Shown here piece after piece: positions 12,401-25,773 of a DNA stretch of 64,000 bases. The translations under genes and the position numbers were made by a program. Below the pieces are notes generated by a model, which had not been told where the DNA came from, searched no databases, and was given only the letters and a program-made list of their open reading frames with translations. The stretch is from the NCBI RefSeq assembly GCF_000002075.1, contig NW_004797961.1, positions 107,017 to 171,016 of the forward strand. Reading direction: 5' to 3'. The stretch comes from Aplysia californica. Its lineage: Eukaryota. Every line of letters starts with the position of its first letter. The first letter of the stretch is position 1.

Positions 12401-15400
12401 AAGACAAATGGATATTTTTCTCATCCAAAGCAAGACAGATGATCAAGCTTTAAGACGAGCGCCTGATTCCACCACATCGGGACACATATATTCTCAATCA
12501 ACTTATATATTTAAAAAAACAAGCGCCAACTCTCAATGTCACGTAACGACAAACTCAAACATACCATATTCAAGGTCCAAGAGACACGTCTGACAAACGT
12601 TTTTCATTTTGCTACACGTCTGGCATACTTCCGTCTTCTTGAATCTCATCCTGGCTCCAGGGCACCATTTGAATACAGTGAATGGTCGGGCACAGATCTT
12701 GCATTCTTTGCCATATTTTTCTTTCATCTGATGACAGAATTGAATTCAATGATAGTTTACATGTACTTTTTTTACTTGCAAAAACTTAAATTCACATTTA
12801 ATTTACACTTGTATTTATTAAGATGTGTGTATATAATCTGTGAGCATGACTTAAATACGACCACTGAAATAGATGTGACAAAACAAATTTGTTAAATTAC
12901 TATCCAGTATAATTTTTTTTTTAAATTAAAAAAATCAAAGTCTGATAGAACTTTAAAAAGCTTCAATTTTTCTCCCCCCCCCCCCCTACATTTCCAATGG
13001 TAAGTTATTAGACAATTCTGTAATTATTTTTAAAAAATAGGCCTACGATATAAACCGTTTTTGATAAAAGTAAAATAATTGTCACTGACAAAAAAAAACT
13101 TACCATCCGAATGTATGGATTGTCACCGAGACACGTCTGACAGAGTATAGGGAATTCCTGAAAAAAAAAGATAGCAACCATTATATTTAGCATGACAGAA
13201 CAAAATAAAACATGATAATTATATATGTGTAGTAAACAAATAGCCTATGTGTACCTTTCTGACATCAAAATCAAAAGAACATTCTGAGCGAAAAAAAGGA
13301 AGGACTTCTGTAACGAGTGACTACCCCAACAAACACAATAAAGAAGAGACCAAACCCTAACCTAAACCCTAATCATAACCCTACCCCTCTCCCCTGACTC
13401 CTCTGTTCTACTCTGTCTCATAGTGGTCGCTCGTTACGGAAGTCCTCCTGAAAAAAAAAAAACCCTCTCTGCCAGGTGGCCAGGTTTACAGCAGTCTGGA
13501 GACAATATACGCCTTGAAATGACTACAGTGTCAGTGAAGTGAGTAGGATCCCTGGACTTCCAGGACTAGTCTAGTCACAATTAGTATATATATCGCATTA
13601 TAGGCCTAGGCCTAGACCTAGATCTATTTACCTCAGGCTACCTAATTTTTTAGAAAATTAGTAGACACCTAAAAAAATAAGTATAGATCTAGATTTTTTT
13701 TAAATGCGGACAGACAAGTGCACTCTATACAAACTATAAACTATAGAGGCCCAGAATAAGCCTTATGGTATTGAACTGGATCCAGCTAAAAGAAAGCAGA
13801 CTAGATCTAGATTAGATAGATCTACAGTCTAAAGTACAGTGTAGGCCTACAGACTAACTGTTGCTGTACTGAGTAGGCTACTGAGACTGTGATAGCACTG
13901 TAGATTCTGTGCTAGTGCTAGGCATAGGCATCAAAATGGAAAGCAAATATACATATCTGATCCGGTAAAAACTTTGCGTTTGCCAAACTTTGGGCCTACT
14001 TTCAGACCGGTAAGATCGAACTTTGGCGGATCGAACACCGAACGAAGCTGGAACTACTTTTGAGTCTTGCTCAGTGCTTCCACCAGCTGAAGCTGAAAAG
14101 TAAGGAAAATTCTGCTGCGGCCAGCAGGGTCCAGGGACAGCGGCCCAGTAGGGGATTCCGCACACGGCCTGCACCAACGCGCATTTGCAGAAAGCTCTAA
14201 TCAAAATTCTGAAATTTGCTTCCAAATTTTTGTCCTCTGGTGTTGCCTTCGCCCCCCCCCCCCGAGTGTATCTTTAAAAAAATAAAATAATCCCCTCCCC
14301 TATTCCGTAGTCCTATACTTCACAACGCAGAAACTCCAACTAAAGACGGTCTTAGCTCACACGATGCCTCATTTATTTATGATGCGAAAGCGCGCAGGTT
14401 CAGTGACCGGTCACGATGCCAGCCAGACAATCTAAAAATTGGACGACGCTTGTATTTTCGTTTCTTTCTTTCCCACACGTGACAGCACAGGGACGAGTCC
14501 GAGTGTTGATTAAATTTTATTTGCACGGCAACACAGCGTTTACACTGTACAACCTGCATGTCACAAATGTTGCGTTATCAGACTACCGCTGGCAAACGGC
14601 GGTAACGAAAGCGAAAGTAGATCTTGATTTTCCCGATCGAGCATCTGTGTCACATACACTTCCGCCTGCCGCCATAGCCGCCTGTTCGCGTGAAACATAC
14701 TCACCGACAGGGAAAAGGTGAACGAATATAATATCACAATCGCGACCGGCAAAAATGAAGTTACTGACCTTATCGGACTTGGTTTTCAAATATTCCATTT
14801 CCGCCACACTGATACTATTTTGGCAAAAGATGGGACTGAGATAAAATTAGGTTTCCTCGCCCAAGCTGAATCTCGTATTTTTCGCATTCCAGGATGCATA
14901 TTTTTTCATGAAAAGTCGTATTCGCGTATTTTCGCCAAAAAATCGTACTAAAATATGTAAAATCGTACTGGTAGGCATCTCTGCTAGATCTAGGCCTACT
15001 ACTAGTCTAGGCTAGATCTACAGTCAAACTGGCCCTGACGGCCACCTCTACAATTGGTCACTTTCCATTCCCCCCATTATGTTTTTTCTATATTTAACTG
15101 TGTATAACGGGCACCTGTCCAACGCGGCCGCCATATTTCAACACACAACCCCTATCACACCTGTCTTAGACGGCCACCTTTGACTCCATAACGTTTTGTC
15201 ACATAAAGTTTGCATTGGCCTCTGGCGTTGTGAGTTGTGGGCGAGCCGTCATAATTCAATCACCTGTCGTTGTTTTTAAAGGTAGTCCCTCCAACCGATC
15301 ATGTTGCGTAGGCCCCTCCCACTATTGACCGTTCATTAGCTACCAATTTAATTTTCAGCTGCTGGTGAGGTTGCGTGTGATCCCTTATAACCCATAAGCC

Positions 15401-16096
15401 CCGCCCAGAACTCATACACAAATCGTAAGTGAGATAAGTGGTCACTGTTTACCCAGTCTGTAACAAAGTAACAAAAAGGACGTCAACATGAACTTGTGAC
15501 TTGTGACTTGTGACAGAAGCGTCGCTCGTTCTCCGACTCCGAGTGGTGGCAACCCAAGGACCCATGTGTTTGTTTTAATATGGCACTCGGTCTTCCTCGT
15601 CTGAAAATTTGGTTGTATTGTCACCCTTAAAACCAGCAACAAAATAAAAATTACAGACAAAATACAAACCAACAACAACAACAATGACAATGCTGCTACT
15701 TTCGATTGGGACCTCAGATGGGAATGAGAATGGTTTGTTTTCTTTCATCTTGATCAGTCCTGCCTAAGACAGCCACCTGTGTTATACTGCCACTTTTCTC
15801 CTTGACAATGTGTGGCCGTCTTACACAGGTTTGACTGTACTACAAATTGTTATTGCACTGGAGTTGGAGTTAGGGAAAGTCACTGCTTGGTTATCGATAT
15901 TTGGATAGATTGGTCAATCTCTAGAACAGGACGTTCAGCTTCTTCTCAAAATTAAGAAAAAGAACAGATCAACTAAAAACAAATTATCTGTTGTTATTTT
16001 CAAACTCAGAGTGACATAGGAAGGTAAACTAGATAAACTCACAGCATCTTCCCAATTTTGTCTGTTGTACGTGTTTGCTCCCTTAGACGTCGCCAT
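4928..16096 (-). CDS. RBM22: Pre-mRNA splicing factor RBM22 (Cwc2/Slt11 family), 9 coding exons, 486 aa
   Basis: Exons 16096-16043, 13157-13104, 12727-12565, 11018-10918, 10529-10354, 9722-9522, 8655-8408, 7294-7058, 5154-4928; all GT-AG with matching phases (1461 nt). Motifs: [58 protein letters not shown] finger [24 protein letters not shown] (TLYVGNL...CAFVQF), Pro-rich tail with [11 protein letters not shown]. Confidence 0.97.
5300..5558 (-). mobile_element. SINE-like family B, inverted copy
   Basis: Reverse complement of 6050-6315. Confidence 0.7.
6050..6315 (+). mobile_element. SINE-like family B (inverted copy ~5300-5558; interrupted copies ~24853-25440 and ~27563-28150)
   Basis: GGATCAGATGGGTGGTCACTGG, GTGTGTC(C/T)TTGAGCAAG, (TATG)n and CCAAAGTGCCC..CTG(A/G)GACAAAT tail. 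Confidence 0.75.
6361..6488. repeat. 32-bp tandem repeat x4
   Basis: GCACACAATGGATCCATTAGAACAACTCGCAA units, contiguous with no spacers. Confidence 0.92.
10539..10708 (-). mobile_element. Short retroposon family A inserted at the RBM22 exon 5 acceptor
   Basis: 13-bp TSD GCTATCTGAAAAA at 10525-10537 and 10709-10721. Confidence 0.88.
11586..11762 (-). mobile_element. Short retroposon family A (other copies ~5661, 6680, 9139, 24828, 25689, 27539, 28399, 29091, 30901, 34332, 39061, 39537, 39765, 41518)
   Basis: 14-bp TSD CAAAAGAGTAATTG (11572-11585, 11763-11776); head GGGTGGTTGG..GTGCTCTGGTGTGG; tail GTGCCGTAAAAC plus (ACTAAA)n. Confidence 0.88.
12081..12473 (+). mobile_element. MITE family F
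   Basis: TIRs GTGGTGAAATCCGGCGCTCGTC / GACGAGCGCCTGATTCCACCAC. Confidence 0.8.
13298..13448. mobile_element. Short MITE with ~26-bp imperfect TIRs and a CCCTAA-like core
   Basis: GGACTTCTGTAACGAGTGACTA / TGGTCGCTCGTTACGGAAGTCC. Confidence 0.65.
15021..15837. mobile_element. Tc1/mariner-like non-autonomous element
   Basis: TA-CAGTCAAAC...GACGGCCAC and GTGGCCGTC...GTTTGACTG-TA; TA target duplication. Confidence 0.8.
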
Positions 16097-17147
16097 TTTG
16101 TCAAAATTGTCAATGGAATAGATAGACAGACAGAGATTGTGGAGAAACGTCTCTTCCTTTAAGCCAGGGTCGTTCAATGTTGTGATGTTAAAAATGCTTG
16201 AATATTTTCAAAGCTTGTTTACATTTTCAATAAATCAATGTACTATGAATAACATACTAATTATAAATAATTATGGTATTTTAAGTAAAGCTAGGTGGAT
16301 GGAAAATAACATTTCACAGTTTCAGTGACAATTTTTACTTCCTCATTTGACATAGGCTAGGCCAACTGGCATATTACCAATTTACATGAATATTTCCTGT
16401 TCCGCCTTACGTGGAGTAATCTGCCCTTGGCTATGAATTTACTTTTCCTTTCGAATTCTACTGACTGCTGATTTAGATCTAGGGCCTAGATCTAGATCTA
16501 GTATTATACTAAGTATACTGATAGTAGCAGATCGTACCCAGACTTATCTTGTGACCTAGATATGCATCTATTAAACCGAAATTGAAAGGAATGATTTTTA
16601 CTTTGTTCCTTGAATACGAATCAACTTCAACAAGCAGTAGGATTTCCAAGTGTAACCTCTAATCGGAGAGGCAGTGTCCCTCTCTTCTTCCACTTGCTGC
16701 GCTGTGTGTGTAGGCCTACTGTACTGTACTCTACTTGATCTAATGTAATGAACTGTTGTCCCGTTGACTATTCAGAATTCAGGGTTTCCTCAGCTGTGTG
16801 TTAGTGACATTTAGATCTAGTGTCTCGGTTTTGGTTTCAGTTAGATCCGCAGCCTTTTGCCTAAACTTTGACAAATTAAAACAAGAAGTGAATTTATAAC
16901 CCACATTGATTCAAGTTTTGAGGTGGTTCGTGAATTAATTTGAACATTAGATTAGAGATTCTGAATTCTGTTGCTATTTGCGACATCATAAACTTTAAAA
17001 TTCTGCTGGCCAAAGGAATGTGTCATGTTCCAGTAGGCTTTTCTCTGATTGCCACTGCGTCTTTTGACTTAATTGAAAATAAAAATAAAAAACGCTGACT
17101 AGATCTAGATTCTAGATCTAGATCTAGATCTATCAAGAATAGAGTAC
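16097..17147. promoter_or_regulatory. Bidirectional promoter/5' UTR interval between RBM22 and DXO
   Basis: Divergent start codons 1051 nt apart; a YY1-like AAAATGGCG overlaps the RBM22 ATG. Exact TSSs are not visible. Confidence 0.7.
17099..17132. repeat. (CTAGAT)n palindromic microsatellite just upstream of the DXO ATG
   Basis: Direct reading; similar tracts near 13615, 13801, 14984, 16475, 17705, 45346. Confidence 0.8.
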
Positions 17148-19029
17148 ATGACAATGGAACAATCTGTTGGGTCGCATAAACGGCACAGCACAGAGTCAGC
17201 AAGTCCGGCTCTCAAGACGTCTCCGTTATATCGATTTGAAAAAAGTTTTCCGTACTTCCGAGAGCCAGGAGAGATTGGAACCTTTAGCCTCGACGCTGAC
17301 AGGCAGTTTCACAATGACAAGCGGCAGTTGAAAAGTTATTTTCCTCCAAAAGATCCTGGACATTGCAGGTTTGATCTGAAACATGGCTATGAGATTATGA
17401 TACACAAAGATGAGAGCGTGAAAGAGTACTTACATACTCTTCTTCAGTGGATTATGGAGAGCAGAGACAGATTTGTGGTGAAGAAAACTCCGTCAAAGGG
17501 CAGTTGCAGTTCTGGAATGACAGAGGATGCTGTGAAAACAAAATCGTCAGATGATCTAAAATTCCAAAGGTTTGTCAGTTTTCAGAGATATTTCAATGTT
17601 ACTGGCTAATGATGTTGAAACGATCTCTTTGTTTTTCACTAGTTGTTTTTTTAAGATAAAAGATAGAAGGCAGTCTTAAAAGTGTCATTATACAGATAAA
17701 AACTCTAGATCTAGATCTAGATTAGAAATGTATAGATCTATATAGAGCTGATATTTAAAAAATGTAGATTCCATTATATTCTATGCCATGATGTACTAGC
17801 CTTTTCTCGAAAAGCTGTTACTAAAATAATGGAGATCGTCCCCTCTGCATTGTTTTTATATATATTTAAATTTTGGTGCCTATATATATTATATAATATA
17901 TATAATATATGAACCATATTTCAATAAAATGTAAGTTCAAATGCTGCTATATTTCATGCATAATAACCTGTAAACATGTTCATCCCAAAAGGATTTGTTA
18001 ATTTAATGTTTGTCATCTTAATACACAATGTTAAGATCATGTTATCTTACCTAATGCTATGGGTGGGGGCTCTCGTGGCCTAGAGGTTGAGGTGTTGGCC
18101 TCTCATACAAAAGTCCCGGGTTCGAATCCGGGTAGCGACCGAAAAATTTTCTTCTCTAAAATAGTCTCCTTTCACCTTCTTTCCTGCTCTCTAGCTATGT
18201 TCTGTTGTCTGCTTTCATTTCCACTTTCTGCCTCCACCCCGTCACCTCCTTTGCCCCTCCCCCCCTCTGGGCTCCTGACTCTTTCTGCAGCCTTTCTACT
18301 GCTACTCCTTGGCTCCTCCTTACTGCTGTCTTTCTGCATCACCCCTGATCTTCTGGTAGGAAAGATCTACACCTAGCCTTCTCGGACAAGGGCGAAAAAT
18401 CTCGGAGAGCCCGTGTGCAAGTTGCGCATGTTAAAGATCCCTTGGTGGTCTAAAATCGATAAGAGTAGGCTTCGGCTGCCACCCGGGCAAAATTCTAAAT
18501 TTCCTACCAACTGAAAATATTAGGTGTGTCCCGTGCGCTCATATGACCTTATGCAGAGTTGCGAGCGCCGTAAAACACTTTCCAAGAAAAAAAAAATACT
18601 ATGGGTACCCCCCCAAGATATTTTCAAATTTTGTGTAGGCCCTATTAAATTAGCAAATGTTTGTGTAGTCTATCGACAGATTTTGTTTGCTGGAGGGGCT
18701 TGCTCACCAAGCTGCTGTGCGTGCCATATGAAAAAAGAGATGGTCTTATGCTGGCTGTCATCAAGTTTCGAGGGACATACTACATGTGCGAATTCGAAAC
18801 GGAGTCAAAGAAACTAGAGAAACAGCAGACCACGCCACGACAGGAGCAGATGTGTGCTTGGGGTTTCAAATTTGAGCAGTATGTTGTTGCAGGTAATTAC
18901 AATGTCTTCACATAAAGGAGTTTGGTATCATAAAACCATTTTTTTCCCTCTCGAACAAGTAATTTGTTGTACAAGACAATGTATATTTTATTACAACCCA
19001 GGGATGTAGTGAACACTCCAAAATTGAGA

Positions 19030-19061
<32 letters not shown>

Positions 19062-22000
19062 TAATAGATGGATTCACTCTTTCCCCAGCAGGAGTGTGCA
19101 ACCCCTCTGATCATGGAATGGAATAGCATCAAATATGATATATATGATGATTAACATCTGTCTAAGCTCATAGATGCTCATGTGTTAAATTTACTTTTGT
19201 ACACTGGTGGTATGGTCTTTCTCTTCCTCCTTGTTCTTCCTTTCTTAGTCTTTACTCCACTTCAGTGTCCTGTTTGATTCATGAGGGCTATTAGAACAGT
19301 ACAAAATTGTACGTAATCAAAAAGAAGAGTAGAATTCAATCATTTTTTGTGCATGTCTTATCTGGGCAAATCATGTGAGTTTTAAAAACAAGATTTTATC
19401 TTTTTATCTTAGCATGATAGCTGATGATGGTAAATGTTTGCGGTTGATGTTTTTGAGATAGGTTTTATGAAAGATGTACTTCAGGCAGCAGCTTTTTGTA
19501 ATGATTGCTAGATCAGATATGTTTTTTTGGTCCTTTTCTTTCTTTGTATTTTCCTACTTTGCTCATAATAGTCATAATGATGTAGCGTTAGGATACACTT
19601 TTTTCAGGTTTTTTTAACCTTTTATGATACAATTGCTCATGATTTTACATCTCCAATTACAGACAAATCAAGTGAAAGACCAGACACTTCAAAACCCGTC
19701 AACACTAATGAAGGTTTTTGTACTATTGTACGATCTCGGCTTGAGTCCCATTCATTAGGTTAGCTTCATTTTTTTACTTTGACTTTTGACATTCTGTTAC
19801 AACATGTGCTTTCTGGTTGTTGTTGTTGTTGTTGTTGTTATTGTTGTTATTGGCACATTCTAAAATTGATATAAGCTAGACCCCAGTAATGCCAATGTAC
19901 CCACACCTTGATATAAGAATTAAGACATTTTACACATCTTACAATGCCTATTATCTACATTTACACATCTACATGATGGAACTAACTTCCTTTTTAAAAC
20001 TGGGTGAAAACAGCAGTGTAAGGAGTGCAACTTACAGATTGCTGCCTCTGAGATCTGAGGGCGAGATCCAGGTCAGGAAGAAGACACATTGTTATATGGC
20101 ATTGCTTTGACGAAGTTGGTTGGTTTGGACCAGAGAATGGCATAACAATTGAACCTGTCCAAGAGGGAATTGCAAGGGAGCCAGAAAAAAAAATGTTTTA
20201 GACATTTTCTGTCTTGGACAGGGGAAAAGAGAATAAGTAGAAGGAGGAGGAGGGAGGGGGAAGGGAGGTGTGTTCCTGAGTGCCAACCCATAAGTGATGT
20301 GATCAAGGGTCGCCTATATATAGTTGGCAAGCAGTAGTAGTGAAAACTACACTTCCAGAGTGCTATCCTTGTCTCTCTGTGCTGAGAATGGCATGCATCA
20401 GTCTTACTTATAATAAATATCCATGGTCACCAGTTCTTTTATCTTATTATAGGACCATTGATAGACCAATTAAAAACAGAAATGATTGAACCTATCTTTC
20501 CCACTCTAAGCCCCCACCCATTGATGTAATAAGCACAATCAACCAATACTACCCCCCTACCTTGCATGTTATAATGACTCAGATTATGTGAAATACATTA
20601 AGTAAATGTATGGAGTACTGTCTCTCACTCTAACTTCTTCTTAATCTTGTTACTGTTTTCTTTGGGCAAAAACCTCAGCTTTTTAAATGACTTGTCTGTG
20701 TCTAGTACAGGTTTAAACTTTTTATCTGTAGAAAGACAAATAGATTCTTATTTTTAATTTTTGGTTTTTATCTTTTCAGTTTTTGGTGCAGAAGTAGATT
20801 GTGAAGACCCTTGGCGGAAACAAGGCAATAAATACGTTGAGCTGAAAACCTCTCGGCTCATTGATACCCAAAGGCAACATGAAAATTTTTGCAGGTGAAT
20901 AGTTTTCTATTAAGCTCTGTTGTATTGTTGAGAAACAGAATCAAGCCATTGTGACTCTGCTTTCATCAATGAGTAAGAAATTACTTTTTTGTGGCAATGG
21001 GCATCAACAAGTACTAGATCTGCGACAGACATCGGCCGTAATGGTTCTTTATTCATACCTTTGCATAGATGGTAAAAAAAAAGCAACATTATCATGATCT
21101 GTCTCCATCACCCAGCTGTTTAGGCTCTTCAAGTGATACAATTGTACAATTGTCCTTGGAGCACCAACAGTTGGTCGCTTTTAAGCACAAGGGGGCTATC
21201 CCTAAAAATGCTGTTTTGAGAAAATCAAAGTTTAAGTTCTTGGGCTCTTGTCCAGTTTCTTTAAAAGACCAGGAGAGTTTTCTCTATAACCTAACAAATA
21301 TCAATTAAACCAAACTTCTCTTATAGGTAGGGCAATGCCCACTTTTGTTGTAGGTCAAGATTTCTTGAAACCCCCGTAATCTGAGTTAGCCCTCTTGTCC
21401 TTAAGATCGACCATTTGTAAGTTAGATTATGTAGCAGGAAAAGGGCTCAAAATATTATGGTTTTTTTCCCTCCTGTCAGATTCAAATTGATCAAGTGGTG
21501 GGCCCAGAGTTTTCTGGTGGGGATTCCTGTTGTCATCTGTGGTTTCCGTGACGACAATGGAGTCGTTCATTGCCTGCAGAACTATCCCGTGAAGGAAATG
21601 CCAGCCTTAACGAAAGTATGTCGGCTTTACTTTTCTGTTATAAAAGTAGTAAATGTAAAATATAACACCCCCCCCCCCCCACACACACACATTCTCATTA
21701 CGTCATGCACAGTTATGCTGTTAGGGTATACATGTGGCGTCGGTGGCCTAGTAGTTAGGCTCTCGGACTAGCAACCGTAAGGTCGGTGGGAATGGGTACC
21801 CAGCTATAGACAGCGAAAGATCTTGTCAGTTTGTTATTGTTTGAGCGCTTAATCAGCTGCTTGCACTGTATGCTTCCCAGGAAGCTGAGAATGTTTCGGA
21901 GTGTTCTATGGTCTGCTGGGGTGATAATATAGTATAAAGTGCATAGAGCTTGCTGTTGAGCGGAGATACGCTCTATACAAATGCTATTTATTATTTTTAT

Positions 22001-23888
22001 TATTACATATATCTTTACAGCTCTCAAGGTGTAAAGTGTCCGTTTACTAGCTGTTAATTATACTCAAGGTCTGGGTTCAATTTGCCCTAGTAACAGTAAT
22101 TACTAATAATATAGAATGTAGAATGCCCTTTTTGTTTACACACTAAAATACACATGAAATTGCTTATATAATCATTAAGTGTGTTACAAAGCACTTTGTG
22201 TTATGTTCTTTTGAAATTTGCAGTAGGCCTACTTTCAAATTCTTAAAAGATGATCATAATTTGCAATTGTCAAATTCGTTAACAATCTGTATGACATTGT
22301 TTATGATACTCTCTGTAAATAATTGTCAGTTACTTAACATTATATCAGAACTATTTTTTTGTTATTGTCAGAACTATTTACCCTTCTAACTGAGACTTTT
22401 CCTTTTTCTCTCGCCAGGATTCTATACGCCAACCGTGGAAACCAAATGTCTGTTTTAACTTTCTCAAAGATTTCCTGGACTTTGTCAAATCAAATATCAC
22501 TGAAGACAATGAAAGGTATTTTACTTTGTGTTGTGAGTTCACTTTTTTCAAGTTACAGTTTTTGTAAAATCTAAAAACATTGGTGAGGTATGCTACCACA
22601 ATCAGTTACATTGACTTTTAGGAAAATATATATAAAATTTACAGGTGGATTTTGTACAATTTGTAATTATGAAAAAATAAAAGACATTATACTTGAAGAA
22701 AATGGCATCGATTGAAAATCTGCAAATTTGACCCCAATGTCTATTTTCAGCTAATATCTCCATTCAGGGATTGCGAGAAGTAACTCATTTTGTCTGCATG
22801 CCTTACATTTGTTTTTTTCTGTTATTGACAATTTCTCAGAACAGAAGTCATTATTATTTTATCTCTGGATTATTCTGTGATTCTTTTGTGCATAATGTAA
22901 TACAGATGTCGTGGGACCCACCTCGCTTAATTACACGCTCACAACTTGACAACACGGATTACTCGAGAGAAGTTCTTGGTCCAGGTTGTTTTCTCAGGTG
23001 TATCAATAGTGTTGTTATGCTCTGTTATTACTGTTAACAGTGTAAACTATGTTTTTCTAGTTTTAGTAGAGTTTTTACTGCACTCACAACTGCAAAAGGT
23101 CATATGAGCGCCAATGTAAACTATGTATTTAATTTAGCAGTGCACCGTCTATTTCCGTCTGTCTTGTTTTTTCACAATTTCAATATGATCTTTGCTGAAA
23201 ATGTCACTGTAGTAGTAGATGCCTGTCACGGAATGCGCAAGGGTAAAGGTTGGATCCGAGTTTTCCTCTTCTATGGATGGACACATCCTTTGAAAAAAAA
23301 GTTGCATTCTACAAGAGCTGAAGAATTCAACTGGTTTTAGTTAGTCCAGTTTTAAAATTAATCTTTTTGTTATGTTTGCTGCTAAACTTTGATAACTTGA
23401 TTGCAAAATATATTATATACCGGTAATAATCATACAAGTATGATGAAATGAAGAATCGTTTCTCTCGCTCTCAAACTACTGTCTACAGAAATTCAATAAA
23501 TAACAGAATTTCTTTTGATTCGATATTTTTCTGACCATCATCATCACATTTTTCTTTATGGTCTTTACTGATTGTGAGTGTACAGTGAGTGAGCACTAGA
23601 GACATGATGGGTCCATTGTTACAAATGTATTTTTATATGATATGATAACTGTTTACAGAATATATATGTGTGTCCTATCTTTTATTTTTTATTTTGATAT
23701 TTATTTCTACATTACTTTTAGACTATGTCCTTTTCACCCATGATGACAGGTGTGCCCATGTTTTCCGCTGGGGGCCGGGAAAAGACATGACTTACGAGAG
23801 GCGGGACAATGACGAAGAATTCAACTTCCTACCGCAATGGTTCGTCTCATGGGATGCATGGGACAAGCCGGTGTTAGCCGACGCCTGA
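17148..23888 (+). CDS. DXO: Decapping exoribonuclease DXO (Dom3Z/Rai1 family), 7 coding exons, 409 aa
   Basis: Exons 17148-17569, 18669-18892, 19663-19758, 20780-20894, 21480-21615, 22418-22515, 23750-23888; phases consistent (1230 nt). Motifs: FPYFREPGEIGTFSLD, DFVCWRGLLTKL, WGFKFEQY, catalytic FGAEVDC and YVELKTS, KWWAQSFLVG, FLPQWF. Confidence 0.95.
18062..18585 (+). mobile_element. tRNA-derived SINE with Meta-domain-like core
   Basis: A box TGGCCTAGAGG, B box GGTTCGAATCC, GCGCATGTTAAAGATCCC resembling the MetaSINE core; 3' tail TATGACCTTATGCAGAGTTGCGAGCGCCGTAAAAC shared with family A. Confidence 0.75.
21172..21413 (+). mobile_element. MITE family E (other copies 23963-24261, 26753-26999, inverted 38398-38646)
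   Basis: TIRs TGGTCGCTTTTAAGCACAAG / CTTGTCCTTAAAAGCGAC(C/T)A; conserved internal GGGGGCTATCCC...AAATGCTGTTTTGAGAAAATC. Confidence 0.85.
21735..22005 (+). mobile_element. tRNA-derived SINE, internally deleted (sister copy inverted at ~31140-31497)
   Basis: GGTGGCCTAGTAGTTAGG head, AATGGGTACC, GCACTGTATGCTTCCCAGGAAGC body, (TTA)n tail. Confidence 0.7.
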
Positions 23889-25032
23889 TTGGTCCTCCCC
23901 GGAGGACTCGGCAAGCCTTGGGGGAGTCTACTGGCTCAAAAAAGCAGTACAAATATTGTAATTGGTCGCTTAAAAGCACAAGGGGGCTATCCCGAAAAAT
24001 GCTGTTTTGAGAAAATCGAAGGTTAAGTTTTTGCCCTTTGTTCAGTTTCTTTAAAGGACCAGGAGAGTTTTCTCTTTTACCAAACAAATATACACACCAA
24101 TGAAACCAAACTTCTCTTATAGGTAGGGCAATGCCCACTTTTGGTAAAAAAGGGGTGAAAATTAGTCAAATGAGTGAGAAGGGGAGAAAAAGAGAGAGAG
24201 GTCAAGATTTTTGGAAACCCCCCAAAATCTGGGTTAGCTCTCTTGTCCTTAAAAGCGACTAATTTTGACCCATACAGTCGAACCTGTGTGAAATGATCAG
24301 CCATCAAGGAGAAAAGTGATCTTCCAAGACAAACATAATTTAAAAATTCCAAGGCGGGAAATGGTCGTTTGTGCAGGTGATTGTCTTGGATATGTGGTTG
24401 TGAGAGCATGATCAACTGTATTTTGTTACAGTTACAGTACATGTACAGGATAATTTTGCACTGTGTTTGTCCGTACTGTTACTGTTAGTGAGGGTGGAAA
24501 TGAGTCAAATGAGTGAGAAGGGGAGAAAAGGAGAGAGAAGGAGGGTGAGAGAGAGAGAAGAAGGAGAGAAATAGAGAGAGAGGAAGAGTGAGAGAGAAAA
24601 ATAGAGAGAGATGTCAATGAGATGCTATTTTATGCTGTGAAAGGATAGTTAATTTCTTCCAATGGAAGATTGATAATGATAAGGTACCATATGTCTTTTC
24701 TTGTCTCTCTATGGAGATGGAGAACATGCACACATCACGTACATACATAGTAAATGTATCTTTCACTGTGTTTGTCCACCTTCCAGAACAGAGAACCTGA
24801 ACATTTTATTCCCCTCCCTGTCCAGACGGGTGCTCTGGTGTGGTTTGCTCCAGTGACTAAGTGAGCAGTGAGTTTAGACTCGAGTAATGTCAAGCAAGTG
24901 TCGGTGACACGGGGATCAGATGGGTGGTCACTGGGGTGTGTCCTTGAGCAAGACACGACAACCCTAGCTCAAAATACAGGGTGCTGCACGGTGGCAACCG
25001 ACAGTGGCATGGTTGTAAACTGTTCTGTATTT

Positions 25033-25286
25033 TTGTAAAAGTAAAGTTGTTCCCGCATCCGATCCGGACATTGGGGATTGCCTTGTTAGTGAGACAACTT
25101 CCTGGGCCTTCGGCATATTGTGGTAGGGTGACCAGTTCTTTTCCACGCAGCCTTTACTTCCCCAACTCAAAGTCAGGTACCCATTACTGCTGGGTGGGCA
25201 GGAGGGGGCGAAAAAAATGCGTGTCCGAACCAGGGCTCGAACCTGGACTATCCGCTTCGCACTAACCGCTCCGCCACCACACCCTC
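25033..25286 (-). mobile_element. tRNA-derived SINE C nested in SINE B (duplicate ~27744-27997)
   Basis: B box GGTTCGAGCCC on the minus strand, CACCCAGCAGTAATGGGTACC motif, 8-bp TSD CTGTATTT. Confidence 0.8.
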
Positions 25287-25773
25287 CTGTATTTGTGTAA
25301 TATTGTATATTCATGTATGTATTTATGTATGTGCACGTATTGATAATTAAATGTATTTATGTATGCATATGTATGTTTGTCATTTTAAACCAAAGTGCCC
25401 TTCTGGGACAAATGGAAGTGTAATTTATGTTGGGTTTTTTTTTTTATTCTTTCCTATCCAACATCTATCATCCTTATCTCCCCTCTTTCTTTTTTTGTGT
25501 TTGTTACTCTCTTGTAACACCTCTAATCTTCGGCACTTATATGACCTTATTGTGTTGCAAGTGCCGTAAAATGCTTACTTTAAAAAAATCCCTGTCCAGA
25601 GGAATTAGCCTACCGACACCTTTTTTCACTTCATTCCATGAACTTAAATAATAATAATATCATCGGCCAACTGTTCAAATGTACAAGGTGGGTGGTTGGT
25701 GGGTGCTCTGGTGTGGTTTGCTTTTTCTTTCCTATCAAACATCTATCATCCTTATCTCCCCTCCTTTTTTATT

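Noticed and set aside
18062-18140. Functional tRNA gene
   Set aside because: A/B boxes are present but there is no clean acceptor stem, and it continues into a SINE body and tail.
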